A DNA stretch of 64,000 bases, taken from positions 3,083 through 67,082 of IMG/VR virus record IMGVR_UViG_3300005549_000009, one strand, 5' to 3'. This DNA is from a virus. Positions 37,212-44,650 of this stretch are shown here, in pieces (the first letter of the stretch is position 1; every line of letters starts with the position of its first letter). The notes beneath the pieces were generated by a model. The model worked only from the letters and a program-made list of their open reading frames with translations, was not told where the DNA came from and ran no database searches. A program made the position numbers and the translations under genes.

Positions 37212-37886
37212 ATGAAGCGAATCTTTTTCTTCGTGAACGGCATCCGCACCTGGCCCGGCGACGACCGAAACTGGACCGGTCGGGCTGTTACCGCCACTCA
37301 CACCCGCACCGAGCATAAAGCTGAAAAGGTTGAGTATGTGAGCCTTGCGTTGCTTCGTCCACTAGCTCAAGCGAGGCGCGCTCGAAAGCTGGTCCGCGTC
37401 CAGTCGTTCTACAACGGCTGGGAGCGCATCTTGGTAGTCCACTCGAATGGGGCCGATGTGGTTCTGGACGCCCTCGAAAAGCAGCCGTTCGGCATCCATC
37501 ACTTGATCCTCATTTCGCCCGCTGTGCCCGCCAAGGAAGCCAGCGAGCAGCTACGCCGCCTCATGGAAGCCAAGCTGATCCATACCTGTGAAATCTGGGT
37601 AGGCAAAAAGGACTTCCCGTTGCACATGGCTTCCTGGTTCGTGGTGGCCCGGCTTCTGGGCTACGGGACGCTGGGTTTGTCTGGTCCCCTCATCGGTAAC
37701 TGGGACCCGGCAACACTTTCCCGGTTGAGTGTCCGCACTGTCCCGAAATTTGGACACAGTGACTGGTTCGCAGACGAACACTTCGATGAGACGATGGGCA
37801 GGATTTGGCAGGCTGGGCCGACCAAGGAATCTGTAGTGACCACGGCCGAGACAGAGACCGTCCAGAACGTGTCTCCGAGTGCCTAG
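37212..37886 (+). CDS. Alpha/beta hydrolase
   Basis: VNGI, VHSNG nucleophile elbow, D, GHSDWF. Confidence 0.75.
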   Translation: MKRIFFFVNGIRTWPGDDRNWTGRAVTATHTRTEHKAEKVEYVSLALLRPLAQARRARKLVRVQSFYNGWERILVVHSNGADVVLDALEKQPFGIHHLILISPAVPAKEASEQLRRLMEAKLIHTCEIWVGKKDFPLHMASWFVVARLLGYGTLGLSGPLIGNWDPATLSRLSVRTVPKFGHSDWFADEHFDETMGRIWQAGPTKESVVTTAETETVQNVSPSA

Positions 37887-37916
37887 AAGCTGGAAACGGC
37901 CTGGCTGCGCAACGGT

Positions 37917-37932
37917 TGGCACGCGCTCAGCT
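37917..37932 (+). promoter_or_regulatory. sigma-54-like -24/-12 promoter
   Basis: TGGCACG-CGCT-CAGCT (GG-N10-GC); predicted +1 falls at or next to GTG 37944. Confidence 0.45.
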
Positions 37933-37943
37933 ATTAGGGTTTC

Positions 37944-38171
37944 GTGAATGCGAAACTGAGCGAAACAACCGGAACCGAAAAAGTCTTGAACTTCCTGAAG
38001 CTGGCCGCCGCGCTGGGTTGCGTGGCGCTGTTTTGTAACGGGATGTTGGCCCGCGCCAAAGCGGTTGCTCCGCTGGCTGTCGAATTGAAGACGACCCTGG
38101 TTGCCTGCGCGCAGCACACGAGTGATGCGAACGCTGCCATCGACTTCGCCGCGAATCCTCGCAGCCGCTAA
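37944..38171 (+). CDS. Small membrane protein
   Basis: 75 aa, single hydrophobic helix. Confidence 0.5.
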   Translation: MNAKLSETTGTEKVLNFLKLAAALGCVALFCNGMLARAKAVAPLAVELKTTLVACAQHTSDANAAIDFAANPRSR

Positions 38172-38179
38172 GAAGGCAG

Positions 38180-38239
38180 TTGACGGAACAAACGAGCGAT
38201 TGTTAATCTCCTAAGGTCCGAACCAAACTGAGCCGATAT
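38180..38239 (+). promoter_or_regulatory. Tandem sigma-70 and sigma-28-like promoters
   Basis: TTGACG-N18-TAATCT; then TAAG-N16-GCCGATAT. Confidence 0.55.
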
Positions 38240-38249
38240 CAAGGGTAGC

Positions 38250-38516
38250 ATGAGCTGGAACATCAATTTCGAACGAACGATTCAACTCGAATCCAAACCG
38301 GTAACGCTGGCCTTCTGTGCCGACGTGATCCGCGCTTCTGAGACCTGCCACGGCAGCACCGAAGTGCGCGTGGGCCTGGACGACCTGGAAGCCGGGTCCG
38401 CTGAAGACAACCTGGTGCTGTGGGAAGCGGCCGAGCGATGGGTGCAAGCCAACGAGCCGGAGCTGGAGCGGGAAGCCTTGGAGCGGTATCGGATGCAGGA
38501 GGAGGTTTGGGCGTGA
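38250..38516 (+). CDS. Hypothetical acidic protein
   Basis: 88 aa ORF after promoter. Confidence 0.6.
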   Translation: MSWNINFERTIQLESKPVTLAFCADVIRASETCHGSTEVRVGLDDLEAGSAEDNLVLWEAAERWVQANEPELEREALERYRMQEEVWA

Positions 38517-38869
38517 GCGAGGCGATTGTTAGAGACGATTACGCGATCATCCCGCTGCAACGCGGCGAAGGCAAAGAGCCGAACTACTGGGGCACCTACA
38601 AGGAGCATCAGATTCACATCAGCCGCGAGAGCCGAAAGACGGATTGGTATATTTGGGTTTATGCGCCATGCGGCAGTCTCTGCTATGATGGTTACTGGAA
38701 GGATTCGGAAGGCAAGACGATCAGGCAAGCCGTGCGCGAGGCGATTCGGGGTGCGTGCATTGATGAAAATCCAGAAACTGGACATGTCCACCCAGAAACA
38801 GGACACCCGCCGCAGCCGCAGACTCCAGAACCCCAACAAAACCCGCTAGGCACAGACGCTGCTAGTTGA
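38513..38869 (+). CDS. Hypothetical protein
   Basis: GGAGG RBS, GTGA overlap. Confidence 0.6.
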   Translation: MSEAIVRDDYAIIPLQRGEGKEPNYWGTYKEHQIHISRESRKTDWYIWVYAPCGSLCYDGYWKDSEGKTIRQAVREAIRGACIDENPETGHVHPETGHPPQPQTPEPQQNPLGTDAAS

Positions 38870-39054
38870 CCGGCAGCGAAGCCATGAAACCGAAACCTTT
38901 CGAGATTACGATGAGCGCCGAACAGAGATTTATTCTCGCCAGACAAGTTGCCGAGCAGGGTGGCTTATTCTCGGCGATCCGGTTCAATGAGCAGAACCCG
39001 GACATTCATTCGTTCCTGTTCAATGAGTGGAAGCGCAGTCAAAAGGACCAATGA
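38866..39054 (+). CDS. Hypothetical protein
   Basis: Small coupled ORF. Confidence 0.5.
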   Translation: MTGSEAMKPKPFEITMSAEQRFILARQVAEQGGLFSAIRFNEQNPDIHSFLFNEWKRSQKDQ

Positions 39055-39422
39055 CCACATGTAAAACTTGCAACGGACGCGGGAAAGTCCAAGACGGTTA
39101 CGCCGGAGAAGAATTCCGCGATTGTCCGGACTGCGGAAACAATCGCCCAGAACTACGGGCTGAGAGGCTGTCGGCAGCCGAGAATGCCGACAAACCTTTT
39201 TGGTGGATGCCGCGTCGAACCGATCCAACCCACCCAGGTTGGTATTACGTTCGCGAGGTGCAGCCTCGATTGTCTATTGGAATCCGTTACTTTGACGACT
39301 CAAAAGGTGAATGGTGGGCTGTATCGAAAGACGGAAAGAATGATGGCTCGCTTGTGCCGAACGAAACTTTCCATGACTGGCTGATAATACCAAACATTTC
39401 AGACAGACAAACACATTTATGA
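39051..39422 (+). CDS. Zn-finger hypothetical protein
   Basis: CKTCNGRG...CPDCG. Confidence 0.6.
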   Translation: MTTCKTCNGRGKVQDGYAGEEFRDCPDCGNNRPELRAERLSAAENADKPFWWMPRRTDPTHPGWYYVREVQPRLSIGIRYFDDSKGEWWAVSKDGKNDGSLVPNETFHDWLIIPNISDRQTHL

Positions 39423-39790
39423 GCATGACCCTCGAACGAATTGAAGCCATCCGCAACCTAACCGTGCTGGACCCGATGCTGAGTTATACCTGCAAAAACC
39501 CAGACGCCAGCGACGGTCCCCGCTACCGAGCCATCGGTGACGGCCAATGGCAGCTGGAGCACTCTGGGCGGGAGACCACCTTTATCATGCGTGAGGACGC
39601 GGTTAAGCGGCAGCTGATCGACTGGCGGGCCAAGTGCGGCAGTGTGATGCTGACCGTGTGCAGCAAGTGCGCGGAGCCGGTTTTGTCGGCCGTGGTCAGT
39701 AGCATCGGTGGCAGCCACGGGTTTTGTCCTGGGTGCGTAGCGGAGCAGCGGGCGGCGCTGGCGCGGCTGGTGGTGGGTCGGCAATCTTGA
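39419..39790 (+). CDS. Hypothetical with C-terminal Zn ribbon
   Basis: CSKC...SHGFCPGC. Confidence 0.6.
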   Translation: MSMTLERIEAIRNLTVLDPMLSYTCKNPDASDGPRYRAIGDGQWQLEHSGRETTFIMREDAVKRQLIDWRAKCGSVMLTVCSKCAEPVLSAVVSSIGGSHGFCPGCVAEQRAALARLVVGRQS

Positions 39791-39851
39791 TACTTTTGGA
39801 CTTGCTCTCCGACTCGACCACGGGTTGGCAGAAGGCAGCAGGTCCGATTTC

Positions 39852-39990
39852 GGAGCCCAACTGGACGGGCTCCAGCTTAGCGGTAGATAGCGCCAGCTGC
39901 TTTTCAACATGCGGCAGCTGGAAGCCAGGGAACGCTGGGCAACTTTGGGCTCACGGATGAGCCCGCCTCCGGGGCATGGATGCCTCGGGG
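39852..39990 (+). ncRNA. Candidate structured RNA (tandem hairpins)
   Basis: Four strong hairpins and one weak one in a non-coding gap. Confidence 0.5.
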
Positions 39991-40006
39991 GATTTGTTTT
40001 ACCTAT

Positions 40007-40189
40007 ATGAAATCAAACAACGATCCATCTAAGTCTAGGCCATTCCGCTGCAACAACGGTTTCTGGGATCTGCCGCCGGAGGAGCGGGCGGCCCGCAAGG
40101 AAGCGGCCTGTCGCCGTTTCGGCGTCGATGATTTCAACGACCTGAGTCCAGAGGAGCGTGGCTGGGCTTACGGTTATGATGATGAATAG
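40007..40189 (+). CDS. Hypothetical protein
   Basis: Internal repeat WDLPPEER / NDLSPEER. Confidence 0.55.
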   Translation: MKSNNDPSKSRPFRCNNGFWDLPPEERAARKEAACRRFGVDDFNDLSPEERGWAYGYDDE

Positions 40190-40193
40190 CCGC

Positions 40194-40220
40194 TAAAGTT
40201 TCCGCTGCTGCTACCGATGA
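40194..40220 (+). promoter_or_regulatory. sigma-28-like promoter
   Basis: TAAAGTTT-N11-ACCGATGA; ATG 40228 is 7 nt downstream. Confidence 0.7.
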
Positions 40221-40227
40221 TCTATGT

Positions 40228-40356
40228 ATGAGAGCGATCAAATCGAAGTTGGCGGGAAGCAGCGGAGGCCGAATCTTGTTGCACCTGGTTTGCATGGTGC
40301 AGAACGGCAAAGTCGCCTGGCATATCGCTGGCATCCGAAGGGAGATCAACCTATGA
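40228..40356 (+). CDS. 42 aa protein, not in ORF track
   Basis: Start predicted by promoter spacing; stop overlaps next ATG (ATGA). Confidence 0.55.
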   Translation: MRAIKSKLAGSSGGRILLHLVCMVQNGKVAWHIAGIRREINL

Positions 40357-40673
40357 ACCTCGTATCTGTTTACTACACGTCGAACGGGCGAAAATTCACC
40401 GGGCACGTTTTGCTTGATTCACCGGAGCCGGATTATACCGTTGCCCGCGAGAGCCGCGAAGCCTACAGAATCGAATGGCGAAAGTGGCGTCGTATCTGTG
40501 ACCGAGCGACCACCGTTGCAAGTGAATATGGAAAGCTTCAGGAGCTGTCTTTTAAGGGGCTGGCGACATTCGGACCAGCTGAAGCCCGTTGCCTTCAACT
40601 CGCTCTTAGACTATCCAAATTTGCCCAGGTCCAATATTCGGATGCCAATCAACGTTACTACCAAAAACCATGA
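40353..40673 (+). CDS. Hypothetical protein
   Basis: AAGGGAG RBS. Confidence 0.55.
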   Translation: MNLVSVYYTSNGRKFTGHVLLDSPEPDYTVARESREAYRIEWRKWRRICDRATTVASEYGKLQELSFKGLATFGPAEARCLQLALRLSKFAQVQYSDANQRYYQKP

Positions 40674-40999
40674 AACTAACCACCCTCGAAGTGTTCCTAT
40701 TGATTCTGGCTTTGATGCTGGCTGCGATGGACGCCAAGAGCGCCGAACCCGCCCCGCTCGCCTGGACCCAGGAAACGCCGCCCGCGCCTAGGTCCGACTT
40801 CGTAGCTACCTGGAGAATCGAATACTGCAACGGCTTCAGCGGCCCCTGGGCCGAGATACCGGGCGGAAGCCCTCCGGGGCGGTTCACTGCCGGGTTCATG
40901 AACGGTTACATTCATGAGCTTCTCAACTACGAGCTAGAGAACCATGTGACCGGAAATACGCCGCACAAGTGTTTTCGGTTCGTTCAGATTGGAGACTAG
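40670..40999 (+). CDS. Secreted protein with PVC-like C-terminal motif
   Basis: Signal peptide; WRIEY...GPWAEI...CFRFVQ. Confidence 0.55.
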   Translation: MKLTTLEVFLLILALMLAAMDAKSAEPAPLAWTQETPPAPRSDFVATWRIEYCNGFSGPWAEIPGGSPPGRFTAGFMNGYIHELLNYELENHVTGNTPHKCFRFVQIGD

Positions 41000-41004
41000 T
41001 CGTT

Positions 41005-41352
41005 ATGGAAATCGTCTTTGAAGGCCGCACTATTTGGAAGTTTCCGCTGAGTCAGCATCTGAACCCCAACTCGTTCCCGATGCCCAAAGGCGCGGAGATC
41101 CTTACGGTTCAGATGCAAGGCGCGGTCCCTACTATTTGGGCGGTCGTCAACCCGGCTGAGCCGCGAGACTTTTGGAAGACCGTCTACTTTCAGGTCATTG
41201 GCACCGGCTGGGGCTTCGATACGCGGCACAAGCGGAAATACATCGGCACGGTTCAGGACGGGCCGCTCGTTTGGCATGTATTCCAGTTGCTAGACGACAA
41301 TGCCGTCATTGATTGCGCAGAGCCTCAAGGTTTGTTGCCGGATGCATCATGA
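41005..41352 (+). CDS. Phage hypothetical protein
   Basis: IWKFPL...MPKGAEILTVQMQ...YIGTVQ...VWHVF. Confidence 0.75.
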   Translation: MEIVFEGRTIWKFPLSQHLNPNSFPMPKGAEILTVQMQGAVPTIWAVVNPAEPRDFWKTVYFQVIGTGWGFDTRHKRKYIGTVQDGPLVWHVFQLLDDNAVIDCAEPQGLLPDAS

Positions 41353-41555
41353 GCCGCAAAACAAAAATCCGCTGGACCACGCTCCAAGTTGCCGTCAGCC
41401 AAGCAGAGAAAAACTTAATGGAGTCCTTGCTCGAATCCGGCCGTTACGGGTTCACGCTGGAGGAAGTTGCCGAGCGGCTGATATCTCAGTCTCTGCGCGA
41501 GATTCTGCGCTCAGGGGAAATTATTCAATATTCTGAGCATCGAGCCGATACCTAA
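41349..41555 (+). CDS. Small putative DNA-binding protein
   Basis: LLESGRYG..EEVAERLI (RHH-like). Confidence 0.5.
   Translation: MSRKTKIRWTTLQVAVSQAEKNLMESLLESGRYGFTLEEVAERLISQSLREILRSGEIIQYSEHRADT
41525..41551 (+). promoter_or_regulatory. sigma-28-like promoter
   Basis: TCAA-N15-GCCGATAC; ATG 41558 is 6 nt downstream. Confidence 0.6.
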
Positions 41556-41557
41556 GC

Positions 41558-41776
41558 ATGGAAACAAACAAAGACGCCGTGATCAGCGCCCGAATCCTGA
41601 ACCTCGTTGCCACCGGCACCCCGCTGCGGGAAGCGATGGATGCGGTGCTCGGAGCTGGAACTTTTGACCTGGTGGTGAGCGAGGTATGGGACCAATCGCG
41701 AGCAGCTGAAATGGCAGCTAGATACCAAGAGAGTGATAAATGGTTCGCTCAGGCTCAAGCTCTGTTCCCGAGGTAG
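41558..41776 (+). CDS. Hypothetical protein
   Basis: 72 aa ORF after promoter. Confidence 0.6.
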   Translation: METNKDAVISARILNLVATGTPLREAMDAVLGAGTFDLVVSEVWDQSRAAEMAARYQESDKWFAQAQALFPR

Positions 41777-41780
41777 TCGT

Positions 41781-41807
41781 TAAAGAATCTGACTGCTGCG
41801 CCGATTA
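41781..41807 (+). promoter_or_regulatory. sigma-28-like promoter
   Basis: TAAA-N15-GCCGATTA; GTG 41815 is 7 nt downstream. Confidence 0.7.
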
Positions 41808-41814
41808 CAAACCT

Positions 41815-42249
41815 GTGAAGACAATCCTAATACTGATCCTCGCCTGGCTGACCGTGAACCTTAACGCCCGCGCCGCCGCGCCAGTCGCCGTAACCCCGAA
41901 GCAAATTGCCGCCTGGAAGATCCCATGCGAAAAGGTCCCCTGCGGCTGTATCGAATACGCGATTTGCCTCAATTACGTGCTGTTCCAAAAGGGCATCCCG
42001 AGCCGGATGGTTGGCTATCATTATGGAGGAGTTGGCGGCCACGTCGTTGTTCTATTCGAGCTGGGCGGCAAGAACTACCTCATAGACAACGAGACCGACA
42101 AAGCGCACGTCGTCACCGGTTCCAATGACCTGGAGCGAATCCAGAGCTTCGATTCCGACGCGGTTGGCGTCGTTGTTCCGAACTATGGGCCGGAAGCGGC
42201 GCTGTATCTGGAGCATTTGGCTGCGGCTCGTGCTAAGTATGGATTTTGA
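41815..42249 (+). CDS. Secreted transglutaminase-like cysteine protease
   Basis: Signal peptide; GCIEYA...GHVVV...YLIDN Cys-His-Asp triad. Confidence 0.7.
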   Translation: MKTILILILAWLTVNLNARAAAPVAVTPKQIAAWKIPCEKVPCGCIEYAICLNYVLFQKGIPSRMVGYHYGGVGGHVVVLFELGGKNYLIDNETDKAHVVTGSNDLERIQSFDSDAVGVVVPNYGPEAALYLEHLAAARAKYGF

Positions 42250-42254
42250 TTTTA

Positions 42255-42317
42255 TGCTGGCCTCAGAGGCTTTCGCCGTTCCCCTAACGGCACCTCCTTG
42301 GGTCTTTGGGGCCAGCA
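42255..42317 (+). other. Long intergenic stem-loop
   Basis: 16-bp stem with G-U pairs enclosing a GCCGTT/AACGGC hairpin. Confidence 0.55.
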
Positions 42318-42326
42318 CCAAACTTT

Positions 42327-42545
42327 ATGAGCAAATGCATACACGTTAGGCTTCTCGCGAAGCGCATGAAATATAATGCTGGGTATCATGATGGCCGCCT
42401 CGGTCGTTACCAGAACCAAGACCATGAGCCGTATTACGTCATGGGCCACATCGAAGGGAAGAACGATGCCGAAGCGGGCCTCCCGCACGGCACGAGCAAG
42501 GCGGCATGGGACCGGAGCCGGGCGCGAATGAAGGAGGCAGCGTGA
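42327..42545 (+). CDS. Small YxxGYxDG-repeat protein
   Basis: YNAGYHDG...YVMGHIEG. Confidence 0.55.
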   Translation: MSKCIHVRLLAKRMKYNAGYHDGRLGRYQNQDHEPYYVMGHIEGKNDAEAGLPHGTSKAAWDRSRARMKEAA

Positions 42546-42781
42546 GCAAGAAGCGCAAGAAACCATGGCCCAAGCTTCCGAAGATTACCGCTGCTGAGCA
42601 GAAGGCACTGGACCAGATTTTTGAGGACCTCAAATTGATAAAAAAGAGAGTCGATAGACTGAACAAGGGCCTCGGCTGCAAGCTCACTGCACAAGACAAA
42701 CGGTTGCTTGCTCGGATAGCTCGCAAGGCTCGGCGCACAGTCGGCCAGCATCGTATCTTGAGTGAGATGTTGGTGGACTGA
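42542..42781 (+). CDS. Small basic protein
   Basis: AGGAGG RBS, GTGA overlap. Confidence 0.55.
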   Translation: MSKKRKKPWPKLPKITAAEQKALDQIFEDLKLIKKRVDRLNKGLGCKLTAQDKRLLARIARKARRTVGQHRILSEMLVD

Positions 42782-42788
42782 ACTTTTG

Positions 42789-42918
42789 AAGACCGCTCCC
42801 CGACCGGGGCCGTGTGGCTCCTGTCGCGCTGGTCTCCACGGATAACCTGATTCACTCTCTTGTTATCGTGCGCGTGGAAGCCTGATCAAAAGGTAACTGC
42901 GACTAGGGGAGCGGTTTT
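42789..42918 (+). ncRNA. Candidate structured RNA (~130 nt)
   Basis: 13-bp closing stem; nested GTCGC/GCGAC, TCCACG/CGTGGA, GATAAC/GTTATC. Confidence 0.55.
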
Positions 42919-42924
42919 CTCCAA

Positions 42925-42954
42925 TTGACGCCGTAACGGGCAGCCTGTTACTGT
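42925..42954 (+). promoter_or_regulatory. Putative sigma-70 promoter
   Basis: TTGACG-N18-TACTGT with TG extension, followed by CCGAACTGAT. Confidence 0.5.
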
Positions 42955-42996
42955 TCCTGGGCAAAGACGGAACCGAACTGATCAAAGGAAAAAGGC

Positions 42997-43227
42997 ATGA
43001 TAGACACGCATTTCGTATTGGACACTCGTGGCCTCCGTTACCACGCCGTAAATGGGCACGGCTGCGGCTGCGCGGCCTGCGGGGAGCCGTTGCAATGGCA
43101 GACGCAACCGTTCTTGCTCACGATCAGCCACGAGCCGGGCATCTTCGTTACGTGGCCGCTGCATCAGAGTTGCGCGAGGCGGCGGATGCTGGTGCCGAGG
43201 GTGTGCGGGCGGGAGGTGTGTTCGTGA
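42997..43227 (+). CDS. Small Cys/His protein
   Basis: CAACG...HQSC. Confidence 0.55.
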   Translation: MIDTHFVLDTRGLRYHAVNGHGCGCAACGEPLQWQTQPFLLTISHEPGIFVTWPLHQSCARRRMLVPRVCGREVCS

Positions 43228-43436
43228 AAGGCCCACCCAACTACCACATCGAACGCAACGAGAACGGCCGCCCCGTGATGCTCTCCTGGTCGGCCGCCAT
43301 GGACCGCGCCATCCAAGAGAAGCTGGATGCCGAGCGACGCGAACGGGAGCTGAACCTGGAGCGGTTCCGGGCTCCTATGGCCTCCTATCGCGACTGGTGC
43401 AAGGCGCGAGGCTTACCGACTGGGCCCGACCAATGA
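43224..43436 (+). CDS. Hypothetical protein
   Basis: GGAGG RBS, GTGA overlap. Confidence 0.55.
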   Translation: MKGPPNYHIERNENGRPVMLSWSAAMDRAIQEKLDAERRERELNLERFRAPMASYRDWCKARGLPTGPDQ

Positions 43437-43546
43437 CCATCCTCAAATACCTAATCGCTGCCCTCTGCCTGCTGTTCCTGGTCCAGGCCGCCCAGAGCGG
43501 TTACCGGCTGGCGGCTAGCTGCGTGAAGCGGTGGAGGAAGCCGTGA
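43433..43546 (+). CDS. Small membrane peptide
   Basis: MTILKYLIAALCLLFLVQ...; coupled at both ends. Confidence 0.5.
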   Translation: MTILKYLIAALCLLFLVQAAQSGYRLAASCVKRWRKP

Positions 43547-43767
43547 GCGGACCGATTGAAAAGGCTTGGTTCAAATGGGAGGCCATCGTTAAAGATAGGC
43601 CAGGCTTCAATCACGTGGCAGAACGGCAGGCATTTTATGCAGGGGCTGTTTATGCCTTACAGGAACTTGATGATTGTCTAACAAAAAGAGCTTTGGTTGA
43701 TGAGATTGGCCAGTGGTCGGTAGATGAGGTCGAACGGCTAAAGTTTATGCGCCAAACAGCCGAATAA
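43543..43767 (+). CDS. Hypothetical protein
   Basis: RQAFYAGA motif. Confidence 0.6.
   Translation: MSGPIEKAWFKWEAIVKDRPGFNHVAERQAFYAGAVYALQELDDCLTKRALVDEIGQWSVDEVERLKFMRQTAE
43739..43766 (+). promoter_or_regulatory. sigma-28-like promoter
   Basis: TAAAGTTT-N12-GCCGAATA; ATG 43774 is 7 nt downstream. Confidence 0.7.
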
Positions 43768-43773
43768 CTAAGC

Positions 43774-44196
43774 ATGAGAACGACACTCCTCGCGCTGATC
43801 GGATGGATGCTCCTGAATGTGTCGGCTGCCGTGGCCGCGCCGACTCAGGCGCAATATGACCGATTCTTTGAGGCCTTGGGTGCCGTCGAATCCTGTAACC
43901 GCGACACGGTTGCAGACGGCGACAGTGGGCGAGCGATTGGACGTTACCAGATTTGGAAGTCGTATTTCGCGGACTCCCGCGTCACTGGTAGCTATGAGCA
44001 GTGCCGTAACGGTGACTATGCGCGCCAGGTCGTGGAAGCGTATCTGAAACGGTATGCGGCCAAGGCTTGGGCGAGTGGGGATTGGGAGAGCCTTGCACGT
44101 TGCCACAACTCTGGCCCGCGCTGGGCTCAAAAGAAGGCGGCGACTCAGGCTTATTGGAACAAGGTGGCGAAGGAGATGGGGCGGGTGATCATATGA
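43774..44196 (+). CDS. Secreted lysozyme-like muramidase/transglycosylase
   Basis: Signal peptide; AVES...GD.GRAIGRYQI...ARCHNSGP...YWNKV. Confidence 0.8.
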   Translation: MRTTLLALIGWMLLNVSAAVAAPTQAQYDRFFEALGAVESCNRDTVADGDSGRAIGRYQIWKSYFADSRVTGSYEQCRNGDYARQVVEAYLKRYAAKAWASGDWESLARCHNSGPRWAQKKAATQAYWNKVAKEMGRVII

Positions 44197-44453
44197 CAAC
44201 GCACGACTTTCGCCACGGGCATTGGGGACACGACATTTTGTTAACGACGTTCGTCAAAGACAGTCATCCGCAATCGTGGGATACAATGGGCGTGGGCTCT
44301 GGCATCGGTAACGGGGACGAGGTTGTCCTGGCCCTGAAAGCTGGTGGGGCTCTCGTGTTGAAGGCCAGCCAAGTAAAATACAACGAGAACCCGCCTGACG
44401 TGTTCCACTGCGTTCTGACTTTGGATCGTCAATTTGAGGAGCAACCAAAGTGA
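44193..44453 (+). CDS. Hypothetical protein
   Basis: Coupled ORF. Confidence 0.55.
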   Translation: MTTHDFRHGHWGHDILLTTFVKDSHPQSWDTMGVGSGIGNGDEVVLALKAGGALVLKASQVKYNENPPDVFHCVLTLDRQFEEQPK

Positions 44454-44647
44454 CAGCCGCCTCCCACCGTTGGCTCGATGCCTGCCTCTGGTTCCTGTTC
44501 GGAGCCGCCTTCACTGGCATCGGCTTCTGGCTCAGCACGCCGCCCGTGCAGCCGTTCATAGCGCTACTGGCGACGGCTTGCGCGATGCTGTGGACCGGTA
44601 TCGGGTGCCGGAAGCTGTATCTGATTTTGAAGGAAACGAAAGACTAA
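44450..44647 (+). CDS. Two-TM membrane protein
   Basis: Two hydrophobic helices. Confidence 0.55.
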   Translation: MTAASHRWLDACLWFLFGAAFTGIGFWLSTPPVQPFIALLATACAMLWTGIGCRKLYLILKETKD

Positions 44648-44650
44648 ACT

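Noticed and set aside
40224-40352. 5' extension of track ORF 40224..40673
   Set aside because: Better explained by a 42 aa ORF at 40228 plus an RBS-led start at 40353
17111-43776. CCGAAC/GCCGATA repeats as a CRISPR array or att sites
   Set aside because: Short, dispersed and tied to gene starts; no regular spacers, cas genes or integrase
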